Assembly: GCF_964213995.1 (NCBI RefSeq)
Contig: NC_135808.1
Location: forward strand, 69,192,001 to 69,256,000
Length of the DNA stretch: 64,000 nt
Direction: 5' to 3'
Origin: Mustelus asterias
Lineage: Eukaryota
The notes below the pieces were generated by a model. It had not been told where the DNA came from and made no database searches. It was given only the letters and a program-made list of their open reading frames with translations. Positions 23,218 through 36,587 of the stretch are shown piece after piece (position 1 is the first letter of the stretch; every line of letters starts with the position of its first letter). Made by a program: the position numbers and the translations under genes.

Positions 23218-26121
23218 CCAACAGTGGCGTCAATCATCCTGGACCAGGCCAAGCCTCACAGACTCGACAAGTCCATGATGGACATAGAGGTAAACGGACA
23301 CCTGACACATTGCCTGTTTGACAGCGGGAGCACGGAGAGTTTCATCCATCCGGATACAGTGAAACGGTGCGCTCTCCACGTGCAAACTGTCAGGCAGACA
23401 ATCTCTATGGCGTTGAGGTCCCGTCTGTTATTGTTCTTGGGAGCTGCGTGGTAACTTTAACGGTGCGGGGCACAGTTTATGAGAACTTCAGGCTCCTCGT
23501 GTTACCGCATCTTTGCGCTCCGGTACTCCTGGGGCTAGACTTTATGGTCCACCTGAAGAGTGTGACCCTGCAGTACGATGGGCCACTCCCTCCACTTTCA
23601 GTGGGAGAACAGCAGCCTCCAAATTGCCCAGCGCGCTCCACATGCAGTCTCTCGACACTCAAAATTACCCCGCCTTCCTTATTTGAAAATCTTGTGCCAG
23701 GCTGCAAGCCCATCGCGACTAAGAGCAGGCGTTACAGCGCTGAGGATCGGATCTTTATTCGATCTGAGGTTCAGCGGCTCCTCAGGGAAGGGGCCATTCA
23801 ACCTAGCACTAGCCCATGGAGAGCACAAGTCGTGGTGGTTAAGACTGGAGACAAGCCCCGGATGGTCATAGACTATAGTCAGACCATTAATAGGTACACG
23901 CAGCTGGACGCGTATCCTCTCCCGCGCATATCTGACATGGTCAACCAGATTGCGCAGTACCGGGTGTTCTCCACCATCGACTTGAAGTCAGCCTACCACC
24001 AGCTCCCCATTCGCCCAGAGGACCGAAAATACACGGCCTTTGAGGCGGATGGCCGTCTCTACCACTTCTTAAGAGTCCCTTTCGGCGTCACTAATGGGGT
24101 CTCGGTTTTCCAGCGTGAGATGGACCGAATGGTGGACCAAAACGGGCTACGGGCTACCTTCCCGTACCTGGACAACGTCACTATCTGTGGCCATGACCAG
24201 CAGGACCACGACGCCAACCTCCTGAAGTTTTTACACACTGCGTCTCTCCTGAACCTGACCTATAACAGGGAGAAGTACGTATTCAGCAAGCACCGCCTAG
24301 CAATCCTCGGATACGTGGTGGAAAACGGGGTCATCGGCCCTGATCCAGACCGTATGCGTCCCCTCCTTGAACTTCCCCTACCCACTAGCATCAAAGCACT
24401 GAGAAGATGCTTAGGCTTCTTCTCGTATTATGCACAGTGGGTTCCCAATTATGCGGACAAAGCCCGTCCGCTCATAAAGTCTACCTCTTTTCCCCTGACA
24501 GCAGAGGCTCGCCTAGCCTTTGAAGGGATAAAAGCTGACATCGCGAAAGCCACGATGCACGCTGTCGATGAGTCCATCCCCTTCCAGGTAGAGAGTGATG
24601 CATCTGATTTCGCCCTGGCCGCCACACTTAACCAGGCGGGCAGGCCCATCGCCTTTTTCTCTCGCACCCTCCAAGGCCCTGAAATTCGGCACTCCTCTGT
24701 GGAAAAAGAGGCTCAGGCCATTGTGGAGGCCGTACGGCATTGGCGCCATTACTTGGCTGGAAAACGATTTACCCTGCTCACATACCAGCGGTCCGTGGCA
24801 TTCATGTTCAACAACACGTTAAGGGGAAAAATTAAGAATGATAAAATCTTGAGGTGGAGAATCGAACTCTCCACCTACAACGATGATATCATGTACCGTC
24901 CGGGGAAGCTCAAAGAGCCCTCAGATGCCCTGTCGTGTGGAACATGTGCCAGTGTGCAGGAGGACCGGCTACAGGCCCTCCACAATGATCTCTGCCATCC
25001 GGGGATCACTCGGCTCTTCCATTTTGTAAAGGCCCGGAATCTGCCCTACTCCATAGAAGATGTCAGGTCGATAACTCGAAGCTGGCAGGTATGTGCTGAG
25101 TGCAAGCCGCACTTCTACCGGCCTGACAGGGCACACCTCATTAAGGCCACTCGCCCTTTTGAACGACTGAGTGTTGATTTCAAGGGCCCCCTTCCTTCGA
25201 CAGATCGGAATGTGTATTTCCTCAACGTGGTTGACGAGTACTCCCGATTCCCCTTTGCCATCCCCTGTTCTGACATGTCCGCTGCCACGGTCATCAAAGC
25301 CTTGCGGAGTCTTTTTACCCTGTTCGGCTACCCCAGTTATATCCACAGTGATAGGAGTCCGTCGCTTATGAGCGATGTCTTGAGGCAATACCTGCTCTCT
25401 AAAGGAATTGCCTCAAATAGGACTACGAGTTACAACCCCAGGGGTAACGGGCAGGTCGAAAGAGAAAACGCTACAGTCTGGAAGGCTGTCTTACTGGCGT
25501 TAAGGTCTTCCAGTCTCCTGTTGGCAAGAGGTGCTTTCTGATGCGCTCCATTCAATCCGGTCCCTCCTGTGTACGGCAACCAATGCTACCCCACATGAGC
25601 GGATGTTTACCTTCCCTAGGAAGTCTTCCTCTGTGACCTCATTGCCATCTTGGTTGACGTACTCAGGACCTGTCCTCCTGCGGCAGCATGTTAGGGCCCG
25701 CAAGTCCGACCCTTTGGTTGAACAGGTCCATCTCCTCCACGCCAACCCTCAATATGCCTATGTGGCATATCCTGACAGGCGAGAGGACGCGGTCTCTATC
25801 AGAGATCTGGCGCCTGCAGGGGACCTGGAAACCCCCGTCGCTCCCACACCCCTGGTTAGGATTCCTTTGCCCATTCTCTCCCCTGCTGACACGCCGCGGG
25901 CAGCATCCGGACCTCCACTTAATCCTCTTACTCCCGTGTACAGCTTGCCTGAGTCCAGGAGATTGTCGCCACCTCGAGGTCCACCGGTGCGTGAGGAACT
26001 GGAGGAGTCACTGGACACCACCTTGGAGAGAGGGACACCACGGTCACCAGAACCGGCACTGCCGCCAGTGCTGCGGAGGTCGCAGAGACGGTGCGGACCT
26101 CCGATACGACTGAACTTGTGA
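23218..26121 (+). pseudogene. pol: Gypsy pol (protease, RT, RNase H, integrase), frameshifted near 23420 and 25520
   Basis: Protease LFDSGS; RT IDLKSAYHQ, VPFGVTN, YLDN; RNase H SDASD and EKEAQA; IN H-x4-H...CAEC, VDFKG, HSD, GQVER; terminal LRRSQR..PPIRLNL. Confidence 0.93.
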
Positions 26122-26185
26122 ACATATGGACAGTTTGTATTGTTTTTTTTACCCCACCGGCCTTTGTTTTTAAAGGAGGGGTGAA

Positions 26186-26461
26186 TGTGGTGAACCATAG
26201 ATGGTTACCACTATGGGTACTTGTACATATGTTACTCTTGTTACTGTTGGGGTTAGGGTTGGGGTGTTCCACCTGTTAGCATTGTTCTGTGGTACACTCC
26301 GGTTGGCTCCGCCTTCCTATAGGAGTATAAAGGTCACTGCACTTCCTAGTGACCCTTAGTCTGGGATAGTATTGTTAAGCAGTATGTTCTATTCTTGTTG
26401 CGAATAAAAGCCTTTATTCCTGGGTACGATCTAACCTCCCGAGTGGATTAATCGCGCATCA
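26186..26461 (+). repeat. Gypsy 3' LTR (276 bp)
   Basis: Starts TGTGG after the PPT, contains TATAAA and AATAAA, ends GCATCA. Homologous to the solo LTR at 37609-37916. Confidence 0.93.
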
Positions 26462-27535
26462 CAAGGTATCTTCACTGCTTTCTTCCCTCAGCCTCCACCC
26501 AATGTCCTTGGTGATTTCAAACTCTATCTCCATTCTTCATTCTCTCTCTGCTCTGAGTTTACTGCCTTTGAACCTCTCTTCCTCCATGTAAATTTACCAA
26601 CCCATGATTACTGCCACCCCATTGACCTTGCCATCTCACCTGGTCTTGCTAGTTTCTTTGTATCAATCACAAATAAGGCCATTTCTGATCACTCTCCAGC
26701 CACAAACCCCTGCCATGCTCCTAATCCTACCTCCTCCTATGTTTGCCCTGGAAAAAAACTATCCCCAAATTAACCCTCAAAACTTCAACTGTCCTTCGCC
26801 CTCCATTCAACACAACAGTTCTGCAGCAACTGCATCCTCACCTTTAATTCTGATGTTCTAGACCCCAGTAAACCACCTCCCTCACCATGGCCATTCCTCC
26901 TAGTTCATTGCTACTCCCTAAGTTCAAGGGATGCAGACTTGAAAGCACATGACAGACAATTGGTTTAGCCATTTACAACCCAGTGGGACTGGACCAAGTA
27001 CGACACTATTGAGCCCTGCTTTCATCTGTTAAAACTGCTCAGTGTAAGCCTAGAATGCAAAGGTAACCCGGGCTTCTTTTCTCTAATGCAGACCATCTTC
27101 TTAAATTCCTCTGTCTTCTCTGCTCTCATCTCTAAAAATAAGTGCGAGGACCTCATGGACTTCTTTGTTACTAAGATCAAAACTATTCATTCAGCTCCCT
27201 CTGCTACAGCCCTTCCTTCCACTAGCCCACTTGGCCAAACTTCCTCGAAAGCTCCCTGCCGCCCTAGTTCTGAACTGGCATCTTTTTCTAGTTTCTCGTC
27301 CTTTCCAAGTTCATCTTGTCCATGGGACCCACTGTCCTATCAACCCTGCTCCCATTAAACAGCTGACTGGCCAACATCCCTTGCTGCCTTCCACGTTAGC
27401 TGATATTGTTAATGTTTCTCTTTCTCCAGCTGTTGTCCTACTCTCTTTTAAATCTGCTGTCATCGTCCCTCTCCTAAAAAGCAAAGGCAATAATTCACCT
27501 CATCTTTCTTTGCAAACTACAACCCCGTCATCAAG
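26462..27535 (+). mobile_element. Old L2-type LINE ORF2 fragment
   Basis: Pyrimidine-rich and decayed, with LGDF (APE) and LADIVNVSLS....FKSAVIVPLLK motifs. Confidence 0.7.
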
Positions 27536-27823
27536 GACTCTCGAGAGGAAGGGAAGTTCAACATGTCTTTCCTTCCCAAATTGCACGTCCTTTCACCACC
27601 TAGGAACTTAAGTAGTTAACTCACTTCATTTTAAATAGGTTTGCATGAGATAATGGAGCATTGGTGTGTTCTATTGGAAAGAATCTATTATAACAGTACA
27701 ATGTCACCTCACTAATCTGATTGATTATGCCACGAAACTTTATTTGTTCACACAAATGTGCTCAGCATTTTTCATGAAGGGTAACGATATGGGGGTGGAG
27801 GGTGATTCTGCAAATGGGGGGGG

Positions 27824-27971
27824 GGGGCGATTCTCCCAACAAATTTCAGTGCCGTATTTGCGTGAAAATTGGAGTAACTCCCGCCGATTTTTTTTAGTGG
27901 GATTTTCAGAATGAATCTCCCACACTCTGAGCTCTGCAGAGTGCCCTGGAGTGGGCTGGGAAAATTGCCCT
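27824..27971. mobile_element. Short Harbinger-type MITE related to 5395-6503
   Basis: TIRs gggcgattctccca / tgggaaaattgccc, and an internal tgaatctcc.cactctg shared with 5465-5490. Confidence 0.6.
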
Positions 27972-28963
27972 CATGACATCACTGAGCATTCGAATTACAT
28001 GTTGATTATTGCTATTGTTTAAAGTATTTATATCTTCCAGTAATGGACTATCAGTGGTAATGACTCAGAATAGTAGTGCCTTTAAAGCAGCCAATGCAAC
28101 GTGAAATACTGCTTTTCCCATTTTAAATACACATGGCAGGAATTTGTTCTGAAATGGGTACTTTTTGTATACAAAATACCTCCTGATGGTTGACTCCTTA
28201 GCTAGTATGCACTATGGAAAATTATAATCCAGAATGTCGTAGCACAAAAAATATAACCTTGCACTTCCCTTTCCCAGTTATGTGCGCACTACAGGCTTCC
28301 TCTGAACATAGACTGCACAGAACAAGTTATCCTAGATCTTCAATAGTTACATCACTGACAACGTTACAAATTACAAACAGTAATTTTTGATTTTAAAATA
28401 AGACAATTTAAAGTAGCCAGCCATGAAAGGCATATATTATCAATCTGCACACATTATAACACACACAATTTCACCCACCAGTTAAGCCCAAGCACACTAT
28501 TTTCTGTCTCCTGGAAACTTGACGGAGACAGCCAATGAATGGAATTCGCTTCAGGGCTGATCTCTCTTTTCAGTTTGGTGCTTCCATGTGATGAAGGATT
28601 TATATTAAATACATTTGGAATGAAGGAGAGGATCGAGATGCACAACTCATTGATGTGTCTGAATGGCCTGTAGTAGAATGACAGATGGCAGTTTTTCCCT
28701 CTATTACTGTGCTGACCCATCTCCATTAGTCGTAGGTTTGATTTCATACTCTGGAACTGTTGTAGGTTACTTGGTGCAAAATAATCCTGATTTCAAAACC
28801 TGAATTTTGTATATTCTGAACACATGTTCTATTCTGGAAAGTCAGTTGGTGAAGGATGATATTGGAAACAGTCTTTACTCACTCTTGCATTTATTTTAAG
28901 AGTAAAGCATCACAAGCGTATGCTTCCTAATCAACCATACCACAGTGTCGCAAAGTGTCTCTT

Positions 28964-29576
28964 AGGGTGGAATAATACCTGGTGAGGGGGGAGGGTGTGG
29001 CGGTAGACACCCTCCCCCGAAACCAGGTCAGTGTGGCGCCGAGACGACCCACGCCAACTTGCCCTGGCATCATAAAGTGCTGCAGGTTGGACTACTGAGG
29101 GCCGAGTTGGATATCCACCCTCATTAGGGCAAACCTACTGCCCTCTGGGGCTGCCTGCCAATCCGATGCAATGGTAATTCCATCAGTTCCGGCTGCGCCA
29201 GGAGGGTGTCAGTCTTCACTGCTCCACAATTGGCAAAGGGCAGCCCTGAATCGTGACCCCTCTTCCTTCCAGCCTTTTAATCACTTGAGGTAAAAAAAAC
29301 AGTCTTCCCACTCCCGTGCACAAATTTTATGATGTGGGCAGCGTACTATCAGGGTCAACTGGCTTGGTAACATTGGTAAAATTGACCCTTAATTTTTCCT
29401 TTAAGTATGGCTGCCAGGAGGTGATTTTGGCGCCTGCCCCCCCAACCCATATTATGGGTGTGAGCTCAGGGGTGGGTGTGCTGCAATAGGCACCCACCCC
29501 ATTTTTTGCCCCCCCTATTTTACATGCAACCCCCTGCATGTAACACACCTGATGCGGGCATGTAAAATTCAGCCCT
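28964..29576. mobile_element. Old Harbinger-type non-autonomous element
   Basis: Imperfect TIRs agggtggaataat / taaaattcagccct around a GC-richer interior. Confidence 0.5.
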
Positions 29577-29780
29577 TGATATGTGTTCAAGTGAAACTCC
29601 CACTTAATGCTCCACATAATTAAGCACAATTGATATACAATTAGCAATAAATATTTGATTGCACAGAGAAATCCATACACTTTCTAACAAGGAGCAAGCT
29701 CATCAAAATATAATAACGTATTCACTCAATCACTAACTTATTTTTTGTACACTGTAGTCAATTCCAAGATAAGGAGCTTT

Positions 29781-30098
29781 TTTTATTCATTGATGAGATG
29801 GGAACATCCGCAGCAAGGCCGGCATTTATTACCCATCTCTAATTTCCTATTTCAGTGGTCCTGGAGTCAGAGTCACATGTAGGCCAGGCCAGGTAAGGAA
29901 GGCAGGTGTCCTTCCCCAACAGGCATTAAATGGGTTTTTACAACAATAATAGTTTCATAGTCACCATTATTGAGGTTAGCTTTTCAATTACAGTTTCATT
30001 TTCTTTTATTAATTTAATTTAAATTCCACCAGCTGTCTCAGTGGGATTTGAACCCATATTCCCACAGCATTAGCATACTAGACATTACCACTATGCTG
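29781..30098 (-). mobile_element. Old tRNA-derived SINE (same family as 55-270)
   Basis: B-box-like gggttcaaatccc on minus, and a shared core ggcctacatgtgactc. Confidence 0.65.
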
Positions 30099-30144
30099 AC
30101 ATATCTCCTCAATATGCAATATCCATCCAATAGAAAAGCTGCAA

Positions 30145-30545
30145 AAGATCTTGGTCTCTTCTCTCAGAAAAAGGAGGCTGAAGGGTGACCAAAGAGAGGT
30201 CTTTAAAATTCCAGAATATTTTGATAGAGTGGAGAGGGAGAGATTGTTTCCTCTTTTGGGGAAGAGCATAGCTGGAGACAATCAATATCAGATAGCGAAC
30301 AAGAAATCCAACAAGGAATTCAGAAAAACCTTTACCCAAAGAATGGTGCGAATGTGAACTCCCTGCTCAGAGTGATTGAAGTGAATAGTATAAATGCATT
30401 TAAGGGAAAGCTGGACAAGCGTTTGAGGGTCAAGGGAATGCATGGTTACAATGGTAGGTTTGGATGAGAAAAAAATGGGAGGAGGGTTGACTCCTGATAT
30501 CGACTGCTTGGGTGGGATGGCTCGTTTTGTGTTGAATATCTGACA
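30145..30545 (+). mobile_element. Old CR1 3' fragment
   Basis: KRRLKGDQREVFKI...ERLFPL...FRKTFTQRMVRM is the CR1 ORF2 C-terminus. Confidence 0.75.
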
Positions 30546-30584
30546 TAGTCCTGTGAATTAAGAGAATTATGATTACTCTCACAT

Positions 30585-31077
30585 TCTACCCTCCATAAAC
30601 TTGAGGTTATCCAAAACTCTGCTGCCTGTGTCTTAACTTGCACCAAATTCACCTACCTCCCAATGCTTGTTGGCCCACATTGGCTCCCAGTCAAGCAATG
30701 TCTTAATTTTAAAACTGTCATCCTTGTTCTCAAATCCCTCCAATATTTTCCCCCTCCTTGTCTCCGTAATCTCCTCCAGCCCCACAACCCTCCAACATGT
30801 CTGCATTCCTCTAATTCTGGCCTCTTGAGCATTCCTGATTTTAATCATTCCACCATTGGTGACTGTGCTTCTCCCAGCTCCCCACACATTTCCACCTCTT
30901 TACCTCACTTCCCTCCTTTAAGACACTCCTTAAAATCTGCTCCTTTGACTAAGCTTCTAGTCATCTGATGTAATATTTTCTTTTGTGGCTCGGTGTCATT
31001 TTATTTTACGATGTTCTTTGTGAAGCACCGAGGACCATCTTATTATGATAAAGGTGCTGTGTAAATACAAGTTGTTG
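30585..31077 (+). mobile_element. L2 LINE 3' end
   Basis: IQNSAA..LT; HWLPVKQCLNFKTVILVLKSL; terminal aaggtgctgtgtaaatacaagttgttg. Confidence 0.75.
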
Positions 31078-33156
31078 CACTGTTTTGGATTGTCATGCTA
31101 CCCAAAAGGACGTCAATAATTTCTCCAATTATGGTCTGCTGTAGAAAGTTTATTGTATTGTTATCTAAAAAAGGAGACAGCTTAAATGATAGACTTTCAA
31201 ACATATTTCACAATGGCTTTTATTCAGCTGTTTGGTCTGACCTGTTGTTAGACCTATTCTACGTATTTTGTAATGATAATTTATAATCTTAAATTCTGCT
31301 ATCCATATTTCACAGTTGCACTCCTTGTGTGGTTGCAGAGGTGTCCAGATATATCTTCTCCAAATTTTTTTCCATAGCAATATTTTCTGTTACTGTATGA
31401 AATTAATCTTCCACTGTTTTAGTTGCAGATGAGAGCTTTAATCTTGGCAGTACCACAAAGTAACAGCTAAACACACACGGTGTGAAGGAAAGTAGACATT
31501 TTATTCTGTGAGGCCAGCCATTCCAATGGCTGTGCTTAAGTGGTGTTTTATATGCAAAGTTACGGACAAGTCTAGCCGTTGATGGAACTGAATGATCAGA
31601 ATAAAGGAACAGGGGAAAAAAATGATATTAAAAGGTTCAAAGTCATTAACTACGAAGGACTCTGCGTGATGCACAGCACTGATTTTTGTCAATTGACAAC
31701 ATTTTATGTTCCTGCCTTGGTTTGTCTTTTTGCTGACTTGCCCAGGTTAACCTACAGTTTATTAACCAATTGAGTGTAAAATGCAAATGCGATGGAAATT
31801 AAATTGAAATATATGTACATGGAGCAGCAGTAAAGGAGCAAAATTGGCTTTTAAAGCATAACCACATCGTTTTTATAGCAGCAGTTCTGGGAGTGAGTGA
31901 CCCAGAAAGAGAGCCATGCTTTATAATTCAAAATAAGCCAATGCGCGCACACCCATCATCCTTATCTGATGCAATGCACCAAATGTAAGTAGATGATAAT
32001 TGTATCTAATCAGCCTTATGAAACAGAATTGCAGATGATGACATTATGCATGTGCCAGGCAGTGACATAACCTTGTTTGTGCGCATCACTGTATCTGTGT
32101 GCTTTCCTCTTTGATTTGTTATTGATGCTATTGAGTCTCTGGCACTGAGACCACATTGTTTTTCATTCGTTGACCTTCCTCAGCTGCATTTGAATCTGAA
32201 CAACTGAGTCTTATTTTTAAGCTGTCTTATTTCTCTCCAACTTGGGTTGGGCACTTGGCAATTAAAGCCATCAAGTAGGGCTTTGCAGAATTGCTTCTGA
32301 CGCCTATGAAGAGAGCAGATAAGGAAGCCAATAGGTTATCTTTTGACCTTGCAGTCTGCTTCAAATCAGCTGAGCTTGTTTATCTAATCTAAAATTGGAA
32401 AGGGAATGCATCGCGGGTGAAACCAGGGACACACATCTATAATGTTTCTTATGATCTGACCACTGTTGATGCATAACTTTTTAACAAGTGCGAAAAGGGA
32501 AAGGACAGATCTTCAGCATTTTGGTGTTCGGTGCTGATATAGCAGGTCGGTTTCCTGAGCAAAGCAGCATAGTCTTGAAGTATGATCTCATGCATTATTA
32601 AAAGGTAGAGTGCAGCTCTTTTATGTCAGTCATATTGCAGAATTGGTGTGAGGCTGATCTCTATGTTGTCCTTTAACTAACAAGGTAAGTATTAGAGCCA
32701 TGAGGTAAGGATTCTAAATGCAACTCAGAATCTGTACAAGGAACACCTTCACCTATCCACTTCAGACTCTTTCCGGTGATTCCCGAAAAGAAATATTGGG
32801 TGGGTGCATCAGTTTGCTATTGCCTGTTTTGGCATTGACACCAAAACCGAAAGTGACCCCCTCCCCCGCACTCTGTGATGCCCTGAGAGATGCCTTGTGT
32901 TTTTATGTGCTGGGTGCTTTTAAAAGCTACACTGCAGAGTCTTGGAAGCAAAACTACCAAGATCAGACACGTTTAAGTGATTTGTGCTAAAGGATGTTAA
33001 CTCCTCCAATGATATTGTTTGCAATGTACAGCATATCACTTAGATTCACTGCCTAGGCCTCGACAAAGACAATGATCAGTTGGATGAGGCGCTAACTGGA
33101 ACTGTAACCCAGAATAAATAGATACATTTTAGGGAAGAGGAAACAATTAGAAGAAT

Positions 33157-33487
33157 CATAGTACACTCCTACAGTACAGAAGGAGGACATTCAGCCCATT
33201 GAGTCTGCACTGACCCTCCAATAGAGTATCCCACCCAGACCCTATCCATTTAACTTCACATATTTACCCTGTCAATCCCCCTAACCTACATATCTTGGGA
33301 CACTAAGGGGCAATTTAGCACAGCCAATCCACCTAACCTGCACATCTTTGGACTGTGAGAGGAAACCGGAGCACCTGGAGGAAACCCACACACACACACG
33401 GGGAGAATGTGCAAAGTCCACACTGACAGTATTGAACCCAGGTCTCTGGCGCTGTGAGACAGCAGTCCTAACCACTGTGCTGCCCTG
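33157..33487 (-). mobile_element. HE1-type V-SINE
   Basis: Head, V domain and CR1-like tail are recognisable. Confidence 0.88.
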
Positions 33488-33983
33488 CATACATTGAGAT
33501 CTGCAACAGTATTAATGTAAAGGTGGGGTCTCAGAATTTAGGGGGGAGGAGGGGGGGCGGGGTTGGTTGTGAGGCAAAGGGAGATAATTGTGCATGAAAA
33601 TCCCCAAAGTAAATTTAGAAGTTGGATTCTCTGTTTTTGACTTGGCCAAATCATTTTTTTCTTTTTCTTTCTTGATTTCACATTTCCAAGCTGTGATGAA
33701 GTCCAATGTCCATTATTTAAATGGAATTGGGAGGCGCTAGGAAGCATCTCCAATAGATTAACAATCTGAGAATGCAGAAGTACTGTTGGTCAGATAGGAC
33801 AAGGAAGCTGTTGGTAGGGTAATCGGTGTGGTTATAGTTCCTACAACCTCTGCCACCTGTTGGTCTTCTCTCACTGTTCTGCACTCGTCTTGTCTGCACC
33901 AGTTCATGTCCATATATAGCAAAATGTGAACAAGATTCAGGCTTCAGCTGATAAGTGGCAGGTAACATTCATAACACGCAGAA

Positions 33984-35577
33984 TTTGATTTGATCTTTGA
34001 TTTGATTTATTATTGTCACATGTATTAACATACAGTGAAAAGTATTGTTTCTCGCACGCTATACAGACAAAACATACCGTTCATCAGAGAAGGAAACGAG
34101 AGAGTGCAGAATGTAGTGTTACAGTCATGGCTAGGATGTAGAGAAAGATCAACTTAATACAAGGTAAGTCCATTCAAAAGTCTGACAGCAGCAGGGAAGA
34201 AGCTGTTCTTGAGTCGGTTGGTACGTGACCTCAGACTTTTGTATCTTTATCCCGAAGGAAGAAGGTGGAAGAGAGAATGGCCGGGGTGCGTGGGGTCTTT
34301 AATTATGCTGGCTGCTTTGCCGAGGCAGCAGGAAGTGTAGACCGAGTCAATGGATGGGAGGCTGGTTTGCATGATGGATTGGGCTACATTCACGACCTTT
34401 TGTAGTTTCTTGCGGTCTTGGGCAGAGCAGGAGCCATACCAAGCTGTGAGACAACCAGAAAGAATGCTTTCTATGGTGCATCTGTAAAGGTTGGTGAGAG
34501 TCATAGCTGACATGCCAAATTTCCTTAGTCTTCTGAGAAAGTAGAGGCGTTGGTGAGCTTTCTTAACTATAGAGTTGGCATGGGGGGACCAGGACAGGTT
34601 GTTGGTGATCTGGACATCTAAAAACTTGAAGTTCTCGATCCTTTCTACTTCGTCCCCATTGATGTAGACAGGGGCATGTTCTCCTTTACGCTTCCTCAAG
34701 TCGATGACAATCTCCTTCATTTTGTTGACATTGAGGGAGAGATTATTGTTGCCACACCAGTTCACCAGATTCTCTATCTCATTCCTGTACTCTGTTTTGT
34801 CATTGTTTGAGATCTGACCCAGTACTGTGGTTTCGTCAGCAAACTTGAAAATCGAATTGGAGGGGAATTTGGCCACACAGTCATAGGTGTATAAGGAGTA
34901 TAGGAGGGGGCTGAGAACACAGCCTTGTGGGGCACCGGTGTTGAGGATGATCGTGGAGGAGGTGTTGTTGCCTATCCTTACTGATTGTGGTCTGTGAGTT
35001 AGGAAGTTCAGGATCCAATTGCAGAAGGAGGTGCCGAGGTCCAGGCCACGGAGTTTTGAGATGAGTTTCGTGGGAATAATAGTGTTGAAGGCTGAGCTGT
35101 AATCAATAAATAGGAGTCTGACATAGGTGTCCTTGTTATCTAGGTGTTCCAGGGTTGAGTGCATGGCCAGGGAAATGGCATCTGCTGTGGACTTGTTGCA
35201 GCCGTAGGCAAACTGTAGTGGATCCAGGTAGTCCGGGAGGCTGGAATTGATTCGTGCCTTGACTAATCTTTCGAAGCACTTCATAATGATGGATGTCACC
35301 GGCCACATAGTCATTAAGGCACGTTGATTGGTTTTTCTTAGGTACTGGGATGCTGGTCATCTTCTTGAAGCTGATAGGGACCTCAGATTGTTGTAAGAGA
35401 GGTTGAAGATGTCTGTGAATCCTCCGCCAGCTGATCCGCGCAGGATCTGAGTGCACGTATGGGTACCCCATCCGGACCAGTTGCTTTCTGTGGGTTGAGT
35501 TTCAAGAAAGCTGCTCTGACATCTGCAATGGTGAACCCAGATACACGTTCATCCAGGGCTTCCAGGGTAGAGGGCAT
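33984..35577 (-). mobile_element. Rex1/Babar LINE, 5'-truncated
   Basis: RT ORF plus a 3' tail AATAAA(TCAAA)n on the minus strand. Confidence 0.9.
34247..35314 (-). pseudogene. Rex1/Babar reverse transcriptase (355-aa open segment, catalytic FADD changed to FADE)
   Basis: [58 protein letters not shown]. Confidence 0.9.
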
Positions 35578-36059
35578 GCAATGACCATCTCCAGCAAGAG
35601 AGAATCTAACCATCTCCCCTTGACATTCGGTAGCATTACTATTGCTGAATCTCCAACTGTGAACATCCTGGGTGTTGCCATTGACCAGAAACCTAACTGG
35701 GCCAGTAGTATTAATACTGTGGCCACAAGGTCAAGTCAGAGGCTTGGAATTCTGTGCTGTATAGTAGACTCAGAGTGGCTGAGCTGGATTCTGAGCTTTG
35801 GACGCCTCGACACATCAGGGAGGGGAGAGATACCTGGGCACTGTGTTCCAGGAGTCAGTCACACCACTTAGATTATATACCTTGAATTCAGCCAGTGGTC
35901 AGGGACAGGAGGGTGTGGCTGCGGGTGAGGCAGGTAGAGGGATCCAGGAGCTAAGGTTGCAGGAGCTTCAGTCACTGAACTTGTCCAGCAGGTTCGAGAT
36001 TCTTGCTCCCTGTGTGGACGGCAAACTGACCACGACATCGTGGTACAGGGAGCCATTCA

Positions 36060-36587
36060 AGTGGGGGGAGAGAAAAGAAATGTAGTCATAATTGGAGATA
36101 GTATAGTTAGGGGCATTGACACGGTTCTCTGTGACCAGGATCGAGAGTCCCGAAGGTTGTGTTGCCTCTCTGGTATCGGGTTCGGGATATCTCAACTGGG
36201 CTGGAGAGGAACTTAGAGTGGGAGGGTAAAGATCCAGTTGTCGTGGTCCACGTAGGTACCAATGACATAGGTAGAACAGGAACAAAGTTTCTTCTAAGGG
36301 AGTATGACCAGCTAGGAGCTAAATTAAAAAGCAGAACCAAAAAGGTAATAATCTCTGGATTACTACCTGAGCCACGAGCTAATTGCCACAGGGTCAATGA
36401 GATTAAGGAGGTAAATGTGTGGCTCAAAGATTGGTGTGGGAGGAATGGGGTTGAATTTATGGGACATTGGCACCAGTACTGGGAAAGAGGGGACCTGTTC
36501 CGATGGGACGGTCTTCATCTGAATCATGCTGGGACCAGAGTCCTGGCGAATCGTATAACCAGGGATGTAGGTAGGGCTTTAAACTAA
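36060..36587 (+). pseudogene. CR1 ORF1 SGNH/GDSL esterase domain
   Basis: VVIIGDSIVRG (block I), VHVGTND (block III), DGLHLN (block V). Confidence 0.88.

Larger units (their letters stand above)
22416..26461 (+). mobile_element. Ty3/Gypsy LTR retrotransposon, 5'-truncated (no 5' LTR or PBS)
   Basis: Gag-PR-RT-RNaseH-IN order, PPT aaaggaggggtgaa (26172-26185), and a TG...CA LTR. Confidence 0.95.

Noticed and set aside
28454-28747. 97-aa ATG ORF in unique sequence
   Set aside because: No recognisable domain or convincing splice context; the length is compatible with chance.
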